Part shown: piece after piece, positions 11,776 to 20,898 of the stretch
How positions within the stretch are numbered: the first letter of the stretch is position 1
Layout of the letters: every line of letters begins with the position of its first letter
Source: Escherichia coli
GTDB lineage: Bacteria; Pseudomonadota; Gammaproteobacteria; Enterobacterales; Enterobacteriaceae
Direction: 5' to 3' (one strand)
Assembly: GCF_045037415.1 (NCBI RefSeq)
Contig: NZ_CP173438.1
Length of the DNA stretch: 64,000 bases
Notes under the pieces: generated by a model
Told to the model about the DNA's origin: nothing
The model's database searches: none
The model's input: the letters and a program-made list of their open reading frames with translations, nothing else
Position numbers and translations under genes: made by a program

Positions 11776-13080
11776 ATGAAAATCAGTGAATTTCTACATC
11801 TGGCGTTACCAGAGGAACAATGGCTACCGACGATTTCTGGCGTTTTACGCCAGTTCGCAGAAGAAGAGTGTTATGTCTATGAGCGTCAACCCTGTTGGTA
11901 TTTAGGCAAAGGGTGCCAGGCACGGCTGCACATTAATGCCGACGGAACGCAGGCGACATTTATTGATGATGCCGGGGAGCAAAAATGGGCGGTGGATTCC
12001 ATTGCCGACTGCGCGCGTCGTTTTATGGCGCATCCTCAGGTGAAAGGACGTCGGGTATATGGACAGGTTGGGTTCAACTTTGCGGCGCATGCGCGGGGGA
12101 TTGCCTTTAACGCCGGGGAGTGGCCGCTGCTGACGTTAACCGTTCCCCGTGAAGAACTTATTTTTGAAAAGGGAAATGTCACCGTTTATGCGGACTCCGC
12201 CGACGGGTGCCGACGTTTGTGCGAGTGGGTAAAAGAGGCCGGTACAACGACGCAGAACGCACCACTGGCGGTGGATACCGCCCTCAATGGTGAGGCATAT
12301 AAACAACAGGTTGCGCGCGCCGTTGCGGAGATCCGCCGTGGCGAGTATGTCAAAGTGATTGTCTCGCGCGCCATTCCCCTGCCATCGCGGATTGATATGC
12401 CCGCCACGCTGTTATACGGGCGGCAGGCAAACACGCCTGTGCGCTCGTTTATGTTCCGTCAGGAAGGACGCGAAGCGCTGGGCTTTAGCCCAGAACTGGT
12501 GATGTCAGTGACGGGCAATAAAGTGGTCACTGAACCGCTTGCGGGCACCCGCGATCGCATGGGAAACCCGGAGCATAATAAGGCGAAAGAGGCAGAACTG
12601 CTGCACGACAGTAAAGAGGTGCTTGAGCATATCCTTTCTGTCAAAGAAGCTATTGCTGAACTGGAGGCCGTTTGCCAGCCGGGCAGCGTGGTGGTTGAAG
12701 ATTTAATGTCGGTTCGCCAGCGCGGCAGCGTTCAGCATCTGGGGTCTGGCGTGAGCGGTCAGCTTGCGGAAAACAAGGATGCCTGGGATGCGTTTACCGT
12801 GCTGTTTCCGTCGATTACCGCCTCAGGTATCCCTAAAAATGCTGCTCTGAACGCGATTATGCAAATTGAGAAGACGCCGCGAGAGCTTTATTCCGGCGCA
12901 ATCCTGCTGCTGGACGATACGCGCTTTGATGCGGCGCTAGTTCTGCGTTCCGTATTTCAGGATAGCCAGCGCTGCTGGATACAGGCGGGGGCGGGAATCA
13001 TCGCGCAATCTACGCCGGAACGCGAACTGACAGAAACCCGGGAGAAATTAGCGAGCATTGCGCCCTATTTAATGGTGTAG
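11776..13080 (+). CDS. ybtS: Salicylate synthase (chorismate-utilising enzyme)
   Basis: 434-aa ORF with RBS; chorismate-binding fold motifs (anthranilate/isochorismate synthase family); last gene of ybtPQXS operon. Confidence 0.9.
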   Translation: MKISEFLHLALPEEQWLPTISGVLRQFAEEECYVYERQPCWYLGKGCQARLHINADGTQATFIDDAGEQKWAVDSIADCARRFMAHPQVKGRRVYGQVGFNFAAHARGIAFNAGEWPLLTLTVPREELIFEKGNVTVYADSADGCRRLCEWVKEAGTTTQNAPLAVDTALNGEAYKQQVARAVAEIRRGEYVKVIVSRAIPLPSRIDMPATLLYGRQANTPVRSFMFRQEGREALGFSPELVMSVTGNKVVTEPLAGTRDRMGNPEHNKAKEAELLHDSKEVLEHILSVKEAIAELEAVCQPGSVVVEDLMSVRQRGSVQHLGSGVSGQLAENKDAWDAFTVLFPSITASGIPKNAALNAIMQIEKTPRELYSGAILLLDDTRFDAALVLRSVFQDSQRCWIQAGAGIIAQSTPERELTETREKLASIAPYLMV

Positions 13081-13273
13081 GAGTAACTGTTTTCTAACCT
13101 CACAACCAGACTGTCCAAAGACAATTGAGTCGCTCTTTGATTCCTCTGTGACTCTATTGTCTTCTTTTGGGATAAAATAGGTGTTTTTCGTCATGAAGTT
13201 GATAAAAGTCTATATAGAACCACCTCTTGTGGAGGTGGTGGTAATTTGCCAGAGTGTGGGATTCGTTAGTATA

Positions 13274-14536
13274 CTATGGGATAAACTTATTTTTACCAAT
13301 TGTATAAGGCGGTGCATAAGATTCTCGGCATGCTTCCAGATAATCCGACCACCACTGCATCATCGCTTTGCGGGCTTCCAGGTGCTCTGCCTTATGAATA
13401 TAAGCCATGCGCACGGTATTGCGCTCCTGATGACTCATCTGGCGTTCTACTGCGTCCTTTGCCCATAAACCCGATTCCATCAGCGCACTGCATGCCATTG
13501 CCCGGAAGCCGTGACCGCAGATATCCTTTTTCGTGTCGTAACCCATCACCCGCAGTGCCTTATTGACCGTGTTTTCACACATTGGCTTATACGGGTTATG
13601 GTCGCCGGGGAAGATCAGTTCATTATTACCGGTGATATCCTTAATCTGTTTCAGAATGGCGATGGACTGTTCTGAGAGGGGGACGATATGCGGCATTCGC
13701 ATTTTTGCCCCGCGGCCGGAATAACGCACGCCAATAATGGGTTCTCGCGTCGCGGGTATCGTCCAGACTCGGTTTGTGAAATCAATCTCTGACCAGCGGG
13801 CGAAACGCAGTTCACTGGAGCGAATGAACACATGCAGCATCAGCAGAACGGCATGCCGGGTCAGTTCACGGCCCTGATGATATGCCCCAATACGTTCAAG
13901 CAGTTCAGGCAGCCGCTCCAGCGGCAGGGCAGGATAGTGCCGTCTGACAGGAGGTGTGGTCACGCCGCCAAGGTTTGCTGCAGGGTTCGTATCGATTAAC
14001 TCCTGATGGACCGCATGGCGCATTATGTTACTCAGGTGCTGCCGTGTGCGGGACGCAACCTCCAGCAGACCTTTTTCCTCGATCCCTTTCAGCAGGTCAA
14101 TGAAATGACGGGGTTTAAGTTCTGATACAGGTAGGTTCCCGATGACCGGAAAGATGTGATTGTTCAGGCTGGCAAGCAGACGGTCGGCGGTGTTCTGCGA
14201 CCATTTCCTGTTACTTTTATGCCACGCCAGCGCCACGTTTTTAAAAACTTTCTCCGGTGTTCGTGAGCCACGTACAGCAGCCCGCTGCTGTACCGGGTTG
14301 ATATTCAGCGCCAGCATTTTACGGATACCTTCACGTTGCTGTCGCGCATCAGACAGGGAGATGGCTGGATAGGTACCCAGCGCAATGCGGGATTCTTTAC
14401 CGCTAATACGGTATTTGAGATACCAGTGGCGGGAGCCACCCGGCTTGACCCGCAGATACAGACCGTGAGAATCGGAGACTTTAAAGGGTTTATCAGAAGG
14501 CTTGAGGGTGCGGATTTTTGCGCTGGTAAGGGACAT
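13274..14536 (-). CDS. intB: P4-like tyrosine integrase of the HPI
   Basis: 420-aa ORF adjacent to tRNA-Asn; tyrosine recombinase C-terminal catalytic region; HPI synteny. Confidence 0.85.
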   Translation of the reverse strand: MSLTSAKIRTLKPSDKPFKVSDSHGLYLRVKPGGSRHWYLKYRISGKESRIALGTYPAISLSDARQQREGIRKMLALNINPVQQRAAVRGSRTPEKVFKNVALAWHKSNRKWSQNTADRLLASLNNHIFPVIGNLPVSELKPRHFIDLLKGIEEKGLLEVASRTRQHLSNIMRHAVHQELIDTNPAANLGGVTTPPVRRHYPALPLERLPELLERIGAYHQGRELTRHAVLLMLHVFIRSSELRFARWSEIDFTNRVWTIPATREPIIGVRYSGRGAKMRMPHIVPLSEQSIAILKQIKDITGNNELIFPGDHNPYKPMCENTVNKALRVMGYDTKKDICGHGFRAMACSALMESGLWAKDAVERQMSHQERNTVRMAYIHKAEHLEARKAMMQWWSDYLEACRESYAPPYTIGKNKFIP

Positions 14537-14697
14537 ATGGGGGTCACTCCATTATCGAACTAACCTGACCCCAGATTTGACCACCAATTTTTCCCGATGC
14601 GTAGGGTAAAATCAAAATGCACTGAGAAGAGTTTTCACACTAACCTGTTGAATCAACATCAGATAAAGATTCGCAAGGATGCATGAAAACAGAAAAT

Positions 14698-14773
14698 TGG
14701 CTCCTCTGACTGGACTCGAACCAGTGACATACGGATTAACAGTCCGCCGTTCTACCGACTGAACTACAGAGGA
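14698..14773 (-). tRNA. asnT: tRNA-Asn (GTT anticodon)
   Basis: 76-nt exact reverse complement of the E. coli tRNA-Asn sequence as recalled, ending CCA; assignment to the asnT copy is inferred from adjacent mtfA. Confidence 0.9.
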
Positions 14774-14873
14774 ATCGTGAGAACGGGGCGCATATTACTT
14801 AGCGGTACCTTGTCTGTCAACACTAAATTTCATAAGCCATTTCAATTGGTTAATTAATCTGCAAAGTTGTTAA

Positions 14874-15671
14874 TTAATGAACATTCGTCGCCGAAAACGA
14901 GTCTGTATCATTAGCGTGATGCAGTCTCTGCAAAGGATCTTGTTGATAAAATTGACAGAAACGTTGCCACAATGAAGGGAAACGAGGAGCAAAAAGTTCT
15001 GGGGCGCTAAAGAAATATTCAGAAAGTACGGCAAAACATTCAGCAGGATCACTGGCAGCATAAGCATCAATGCTCGCCGCATTCTCACCAACTAATTCGA
15101 TTTCTTCCTGAATGTTGTTCATTGCAGCATGAAGATCGTGTTCCCAGCCAGCAACCTCACGCAACGAAATAAAGGGAACTCCGCTGGCGCGATCGCCGTT
15201 ACGGGTGTCCAGCTTATGAGCGACTTCATGAATAATCAGGTTAAAACCAGAAGCATCAAAAGAATCTTGTATATCCAACCAGTTCAAAACGATAGGCCCT
15301 TGCTGCCAGCTCTGACCTGACTGAACAATACGTTGGTTATGCACCAGACCGATATCGTCTTCCCATTCATCATCGACCACAAATGGCGCAGGATAAATTA
15401 AGATTTCATGAAAACCATCCAGCCATTCCAGTCCTAACTCCAGAACGGGCAGGCAAAATAGAAGTGCTATCCGGCAGCTTCTTAATGAATTCAGCTCAAA
15501 GCCCTGTAAAGGAACAAGCCGTTTTTGCTGTAAAAAACGTTCGGCAAGAGCGACCAATTTGCTTTGTTCCTGTTCTGTCAGACACGTTAAAAGGGGGATC
15601 GATAGTGCTTCCTGCCAGGGAAGGGCAGTTTGATGTGCTGATTCTTGTACTTTCCAGGGCCACTTAATCAT
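14874..15671 (-). CDS. mtfA: Mlc titration factor A (zinc-dependent peptidase family)
   Basis: Start chosen at MIKWPWK (265 aa); HEVAH zinc-binding motif present; the track ORF to 15710 is a 13-codon upstream extension. Confidence 0.85.
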   Translation of the reverse strand: MIKWPWKVQESAHQTALPWQEALSIPLLTCLTEQEQSKLVALAERFLQQKRLVPLQGFELNSLRSCRIALLFCLPVLELGLEWLDGFHEILIYPAPFVVDDEWEDDIGLVHNQRIVQSGQSWQQGPIVLNWLDIQDSFDASGFNLIIHEVAHKLDTRNGDRASGVPFISLREVAGWEHDLHAAMNNIQEEIELVGENAASIDAYAASDPAECFAVLSEYFFSAPELFAPRFPSLWQRFCQFYQQDPLQRLHHANDTDSFSATNVH

Positions 15672-15764
15672 CGTTTTGCTCGCAAACTCGTCACTTGAAC
15701 AAAATTGCACGGACAGGGACTGTTAAAATGCCAAATTTCCTGGCATCATGGCAACCATCTGAAC

Positions 15765-15855
15765 GGAGAGATGCCGGAGCGGCTGAACGGACCGGTTCTC
15801 GAAAACCGGAGTGGGGGCAACTCCACCGGGGGTTCAAATCCCCCTCTCTCCGCCA
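15765..15855 (+). tRNA. serU: tRNA-Ser (CGA anticodon region), serU-like, 3' part rebuilt from prophage attachment site
   Basis: 91 nt, GGAGAGA acceptor stem pairing with TCTCTCC, long variable arm, ends CCA; differs from canonical serU as recalled by one extra T in the anticodon loop and a compensatory G/C pair in the variable arm. Confidence 0.75.
15793..15855 (+). repeat. attL core: 63-bp direct repeat (tRNA-Ser 3' segment, phage-type variable arm)
   Basis: Identical to 55886-55948 except two positions (GTGGGGG/CTCCACC here versus GTAGGGG/CTCTACC at attR); identity ends exactly at CCA. Confidence 0.7.
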
Positions 15856-15900
15856 AAATTCAATCACTTACACATCATTAAGTCAGTGACAAAAATCACA

Positions 15901-15933
15901 CTTGGAATTACTTGGAATATTTTCTTGGAATAT
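15901..15933. repeat. Three direct repeats of CTTGGAAT(A/T)T, putative integrase arm-type binding sites
   Basis: CTTGGAATTA, CTTGGAATAT, CTTGGAATAT within 33 bp next to attL core, overlapping int 3' end; related copies at 55774-55783 and inverted at 55838-55846. Confidence 0.45.
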
Positions 15934-16933
15934 TTTCAGGTAACGGGACATCAAGTGTTGGTGAAACTTTAACCTTCCTGTCATAGATTAGCACTTGCCC
16001 CTCGGTTTTGTGACCAGAGAAAAGTTGCTTATCCCGGCTGCTTCCTTCATAGTCTGAAATTCCTTTCGCCTTCAGATCATGAAAGGTGAAGTCGGTTAAA
16101 ATACCTGAAATTTTGCCTGCGCGATTTCTTGCTTCTACCCACATTTCGTTAAAGCCTTTGTACATATATCGGTTGCCATATTGATTGCTGATTACATAGA
16201 CGGATGCTGGTAACTGTTTTGCTTTTTCGATCGCCGCCTGTAATCGTGGACTCCATGCTTTTATCTGTTTTTTCCCTGTTTTCCCTTGCTGGATAAAGAT
16301 CCCGTCGTTTCCAATCTGCTCCCATTTCAGTGATAACACATCGGAAACCCTCGCTGCACACAGATAGGCAATTTCCATTGCGATAAAAACAGGAAGAGGT
16401 GCAACGCTTAATACTGCCTGGTATTCTTTGTCGGTTACATATCGTTCGCGGTTTTTGGCCTTGAATTTACTTACACCTGCACATGGGTTAGCCTTCACGT
16501 ACCCTCGCTCATATCCCCAACTGTAAACGCGGGACATACTGCTTTTTTCATGGTTGGCTTGCGTTTTGCTCTGTTCCCCTCTTTTGTCCATGTATCGACG
16601 GATGTGTTCTGGTTTTATGGAATCCGCTGGTACCTTACCGAATACGGCAAGCAACTTTTTTTGATGTTGCAGATAATCTTTTTGTGTTCTTGGGCTAAGG
16701 TCACTGTAACAGGCGCTGGCGAGGAATTTTTCCCACAAGCGACCGAATGTCATTGCACGATCGCGATTATTTACAGTTTCCTCATACTTTTTCCATAAAG
16801 CAGCTAAACCATCCTTGATGGCGGTTAGTGTTACAGATTCTCTGGATGTTGGTTTCCATACATAACTATATTTATTTGGGTATACATTTGGAGGTAATTT
16901 TTCGTGTTCAGGATTTTTCCTTCGTCTTCCCAT
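15908..16933 (-). CDS. int: Phage tyrosine integrase
   Basis: 341-aa ORF next to attL/tRNA; C-terminal recombinase-type region (candidate HxxR and Tyr motifs). Confidence 0.9.
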   Translation of the reverse strand: MGRRRKNPEHEKLPPNVYPNKYSYVWKPTSRESVTLTAIKDGLAALWKKYEETVNNRDRAMTFGRLWEKFLASACYSDLSPRTQKDYLQHQKKLLAVFGKVPADSIKPEHIRRYMDKRGEQSKTQANHEKSSMSRVYSWGYERGYVKANPCAGVSKFKAKNRERYVTDKEYQAVLSVAPLPVFIAMEIAYLCAARVSDVLSLKWEQIGNDGIFIQQGKTGKKQIKAWSPRLQAAIEKAKQLPASVYVISNQYGNRYMYKGFNEMWVEARNRAGKISGILTDFTFHDLKAKGISDYEGSSRDKQLFSGHKTEGQVLIYDRKVKVSPTLDVPLPENIPRKYSK

Positions 16934-17136
16934 CAGATCGCACCAAAATTCGGCTCTACCTCGCGTGGTGGTAAAGTTTTATTGCAGGTAAATAGATCCC
17001 GGCTGACAATCGGTTTGCCACTACGATTGGTATAGAACGGAAGCCCGTTTTCCATTAACCATTTTCGCTGGTGACTTGCATATTTGCAGCCCGTTAATAT
17101 TAGCAATTCATCTTTGGTTAAAAATAAGCTGCTCAT
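16933..17136 (-). CDS. Putative excisionase / small DNA-binding protein
   Basis: 67-aa ORF immediately upstream of and coupled to int; position typical of xis; no motif confirmed. Confidence 0.45.
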   Translation of the reverse strand: MSSLFLTKDELLILTGCKYASHQRKWLMENGLPFYTNRSGKPIVSRDLFTCNKTLPPREVEPNFGAI

Positions 17137-17194
17137 AGCTATATCTCATAACCGCCGCTAACTATATGCGGTTAGCGGCGATCAGGGTTGAACA

Positions 17195-19669
17195 TTAAAA
17201 ATCAGCCTGACTCGGGATCAGTTTTTGCCAGATAGCTGAAACGTATTTTGCCTGGTAACGGGCGTCATCAAGTGCATTATGGCGCTCACCTTCGAATGGA
17301 ATAGCCGTTCTGGCATCGAAGTCTATGGCTTTCCCCAGCTCAACGATTGTGCGTACATCGCGATCGTTGTAGTAACGCCACGGGCAGGGGATCCCCTGCC
17401 GTTCGTATGAACGGCGCAAAATTGTGTTGTCGAAGTTGGCTCCATTTCCCCAGACCTGAACAAAAAATTCACCGGAGTTTTCGTCGATAAATTCCCGCAA
17501 TTGTAACAGTGCATCATCTAACGGGATTTCATCGGTCATAATGGCAGATTGCGCTTCGCGTGATTGCTTAAGCCACCATTTAATGGTGCCACGATCAATG
17601 ACTCCGCCAGCAGTATCCATATCGATGGTCTTACTAAATTCCGGCCCCATATCTCCGGTTTGCGGATCGAAAAATATTGCACCTATTGAGATAAGCGGGG
17701 CATCGGGATTTTTTCCCATGGTTTCAAGGTCGATCATCATGTGGTGCCACATTCTGCTGGTGGATGTGATTTTATGATGACCGTTCATGGTAATTAAGGG
17801 ATTTGCCGTCCCGCCAGCTTCATTATCGCTGGTGTGATGCTGATTACCGCCAGCGTTCTCTTTGTGCGGATATTCAACACGTTCCATTTCCTCCGGATCA
17901 TTTTCCTGAACTTCAACCTGATTCTCTTCATTGAATGTTTCCTGGTATGTTGCGTCACCCATCACCGCGCCACAATCAGGGCAGTTGCCGCCGCCGGTCT
18001 GACCGCAGGCGGTGCAGACTTTTTCCGGTTCCTGTTGCGCTACTGGTTCAGGTTGTTTCGTTTCTGGCTCGTTTTGTAACGCATTTGGGCTGTTTTGTTC
18101 CGCTTTCTGGCCGTTCTGTTCCGTTTCTTGCTGGTTCTGATTCACTGAATCGCGGGTTTCAATCCCCTTCACCCATTTCGGATCATTCGGGTCGCTAATC
18201 CCTGCAACAAATTCACCACGTGATACAGCAAGCAACTTATTGGCGTCAGGCTGGCTGATATTGGCTGCCTGCATAATTTTGTTTACTTCGTCAGCGGTAA
18301 CTTTTATCGGCTCTGGTTGTGCGATCGTGTCAGATGCACCAGTATTTTGTTGTGAACCTGAGTACGTGCCGTTTTTACGTGCGAAGTATTCCTCTTTTGT
18401 GATTTCCGTAGCTCCCAGGGCCAGTGCTTTTTCCAGACCAGAAAGTTTGTTTGCGCGACCGTATTTTTCGCCGTCCTTATCGGTGAAAAGGAAGTAGAAC
18501 GGTCCCTCACGCTCTACAGATGGTTCGTCTTCCACTTCGCATTCGGTTTTTTCGTTGTCCGGCATTGCCGTTTCCACTGCATCAGTTTCTGGTACTGGTG
18601 ACGGGAGAGTACCAGCTGTGCCCTGATTTGTTCCTTCGTCATCTTCAAACACGCCCTTGGTAGTCAGGTATTCAGTGATGTATTTGTTCAGTGCTACGGG
18701 ATCTTTGTGAATGTCGATCGGACGCTCACGGACAAGGCCAAAAATAGTCTGACGGTCGTAGCGAACGGCATCGGGTTGTTTGCGCATTGATGCGGAAATG
18801 CGCTTCCAGTCTTCGCGATCTTTGTCGATAACTTCATTTTTTGCCCAGCGATGGATGCTGCCGTCAATGTTTCCGGTATCAATATCGCCAGGCCAGAGAG
18901 CGTAGGCCAGTTCTTCATCCAGCGTTTTCCATGTCTGCTTGTATTCGCGACAAATGGCGGCAGTGACTGGGTTGATTTTTCCTGCTGAGTTTTCAGTGTT
19001 CTGTTGATTGACTCTGGCGCTGGCGAGATCAACAACAGACGTGTATTTTCCAGTCTCTTTGCGCTCTGCGTCCTGCCGTTTTTTCCAGTTACGTAATTCA
19101 GCCTGAATTTCGGGCCATTTGGCACCCGGATTACATTTGTGTTTAACCCATCCGATAGCGAACAGTTTGCGTTCCGGATACATAGCGTTAATTTCAGGCG
19201 TTTTCATCAGTGCTTCAACGATATGCCCGTCAAAGGTAGCAACGTCTTCCTGCAGTAATTCCTGCGCGTCAATCGCCATATCAACGGTGATGTTTTCACA
19301 TGTACCGAACTTAACCAGGACCGCGTTCTGTACTTCAAGGGACAGCTTGTCAAAATTGACGTTCATCGGATCGGATTCTGGTTCGACCGGAATAAAGGAA
19401 GCGGATTCCTCATCCCAGCGGTTTTCCTGCATATATTCAGCATCCCAGGAATCGAGGGCAGGGCGGGGTATACCGGGTTTATCCTCGCAAACAAGAAATT
19501 TATAAGCGCAGTCCTGAGCAGCCGGATAATGTTCCAGGAATTGCCAGTGAAATTTTGCGCGGGCGCGACGTTCATCACCGGCTTCAATGGCAGTGGCTAC
19601 AGCGACGGCACCTTCTTCCTTTATTGCCTGTTCGTCCGGAATGGCGGCGCAAATAAAGACTTTACTCAT
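17195..19669 (-). CDS. Large phage exonuclease (C-terminal DnaQ-like 3'-5' exonuclease domain, Cys-rich zinc-finger-like segment)
   Basis: 824-aa ORF; C-terminal region with exonuclease-type acidic motifs (MIDLETMG ... HNALDDA); CTACGQTGGGNCPDCG Cys cluster; resembles exodeoxyribonuclease VIII-like prophage proteins. Confidence 0.7.
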   Translation of the reverse strand: MSKVFICAAIPDEQAIKEEGAVAVATAIEAGDERRARAKFHWQFLEHYPAAQDCAYKFLVCEDKPGIPRPALDSWDAEYMQENRWDEESASFIPVEPESDPMNVNFDKLSLEVQNAVLVKFGTCENITVDMAIDAQELLQEDVATFDGHIVEALMKTPEINAMYPERKLFAIGWVKHKCNPGAKWPEIQAELRNWKKRQDAERKETGKYTSVVDLASARVNQQNTENSAGKINPVTAAICREYKQTWKTLDEELAYALWPGDIDTGNIDGSIHRWAKNEVIDKDREDWKRISASMRKQPDAVRYDRQTIFGLVRERPIDIHKDPVALNKYITEYLTTKGVFEDDEGTNQGTAGTLPSPVPETDAVETAMPDNEKTECEVEDEPSVEREGPFYFLFTDKDGEKYGRANKLSGLEKALALGATEITKEEYFARKNGTYSGSQQNTGASDTIAQPEPIKVTADEVNKIMQAANISQPDANKLLAVSRGEFVAGISDPNDPKWVKGIETRDSVNQNQQETEQNGQKAEQNSPNALQNEPETKQPEPVAQQEPEKVCTACGQTGGGNCPDCGAVMGDATYQETFNEENQVEVQENDPEEMERVEYPHKENAGGNQHHTSDNEAGGTANPLITMNGHHKITSTSRMWHHMMIDLETMGKNPDAPLISIGAIFFDPQTGDMGPEFSKTIDMDTAGGVIDRGTIKWWLKQSREAQSAIMTDEIPLDDALLQLREFIDENSGEFFVQVWGNGANFDNTILRRSYERQGIPCPWRYYNDRDVRTIVELGKAIDFDARTAIPFEGERHNALDDARYQAKYVSAIWQKLIPSQADF

Positions 19670-19748
19670 TTTGTTTTACCTCATTACAGATTTAAGGGTG
19701 AACAAATCCCTGCCATTGCTGGCATATAAAAATGAAACTGGATATTAA

Positions 19749-19958
19749 TTACGGCGCTGTTTTTAATCCTGCCGGGATTTCGTTATTGTCCATGTGAATA
19801 ACTTTATCGACCGGATAACAGTTGCCGGGAATTTTCTGTTCCGCTGCGGCAGCCATGCATTCTTTCATTGAGTTGTACATGCCGGTGATTGCATCAAGCG
19901 ACTCACCAGTATTGAGATATACAGTCAGAATGAGTATGAATAATGTGTTCATCGCCAC
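19749..19958 (-). CDS. Small hypothetical protein with N-terminal hydrophobic segment (AT-rich)
   Basis: 69-aa ORF, low GC, hydrophobic N-terminus LFILILTVYL; no family assigned. Confidence 0.35.
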   Translation of the reverse strand: MAMNTLFILILTVYLNTGESLDAITGMYNSMKECMAAAAEQKIPGNCYPVDKVIHMDNNEIPAGLKTAP

Positions 19959-20137
19959 TCTCCGAAAATACCGAGTTTAAGAAGGGCAATTCTGGAGAGT
20001 ATGGAATTGTCATTCAGCAGGTAGGGTTCATATTTTCTCATATTGATTGCATCCTCGGTGAAATCCCTGTTACTGAGCAGAACACCAATATTAAAGCACC
20101 CGTCAGACGTATTAACGTTTGGTAGTGACGTTTCCAT
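19949..20137 (-). CDS. Small hypothetical protein (AT-rich)
   Basis: 62-aa ORF in AT-rich stretch between exonuclease and rha; no family assigned. Confidence 0.3.
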   Translation of the reverse strand: METSLPNVNTSDGCFNIGVLLSNRDFTEDAINMRKYEPYLLNDNSILSRIALLKLGIFGEWR

Positions 20138-20147
20138 TATCGCGTCC

Positions 20148-20705
20148 TCAACAATGAATTTTTAGCAATTGCTCCACAGTCATATTTTTAATTGCGCTCC
20201 GGTTTACAAGAGTCCATCCTTGTTTCTCCAGATAAAACCGGAAGGTATCCAGGGTGCAGACCATTGCGCCGTCAGGAACGGTTTCAGTGAATTTGATATT
20301 GCCGTGTTCGTCGAGACGGATAACCAGGGTGCGTCCGTCCCCGTGAATCATTTTGTCGGGAGACGGGGCGTTATTCTGGCGCAGTTCTTCCTCCATGCGA
20401 TCGAACTCAGCGATGTAGGCTTCTTTGAAAGTTGCGGCTTTTTTACCTGTGAACCCCATCACCAGGAAAACGAAGCCGTTTTTGGTGATTTGGTACATTG
20501 GGAGTTTGCGCCCGGTTGAGTCGGTGTATTCGCTCGACACAAAATTGTGCTCAGTGAATTTTGCTGAACAGTCCAGATTGCGAATTTTATCCAACACTCG
20601 TTCGTGGCGTTTGCCAAAGAACTCGGCGATCGCAACAGACGTAGTGACAGCGCGACCATTTTCGATGGTTACGTCAGGGTGAGAAAGGGTAAGGATAGTA
20701 GCCAT
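20148..20705 (-). CDS. Rha-family phage regulatory protein (antirepressor-like)
   Basis: Rha-type N-terminal motif VTTSVAIAEFFGKRHERVLDKIRNL; start set at the internal ATG preceded by GGAGG (20705) rather than the track start at 21002. Confidence 0.6.
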   Translation of the reverse strand: MATILTLSHPDVTIENGRAVTTSVAIAEFFGKRHERVLDKIRNLDCSAKFTEHNFVSSEYTDSTGRKLPMYQITKNGFVFLVMGFTGKKAATFKEAYIAEFDRMEEELRQNNAPSPDKMIHGDGRTLVIRLDEHGNIKFTETVPDGAMVCTLDTFRFYLEKQGWTLVNRSAIKNMTVEQLLKIHC

Positions 20706-20873
20706 GATGGCAGCCTCCGCGATGAATTTGATTAACTCACCACCGAGGTTTTCCACGACCATAAGGGTGGTGAGACGTACAGGGGTGGAAATACCGGTCA
20801 TCACGGAACCCGGCCAGCCTTGCGGCTGCCCTGCACGCCCCACCATAATGCGAATGTGGCTGTGCTTAACGCA

Positions 20874-20898
20874 TAAAAAAACCGCCTGAGCGCGGTTA
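20874..20898 (-). terminator. Rho-independent terminator (minus strand) upstream of rha
   Basis: On minus strand AACCGC-GCTCAG-GCGGTT followed by TTTTTTTAT. Confidence 0.45.
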
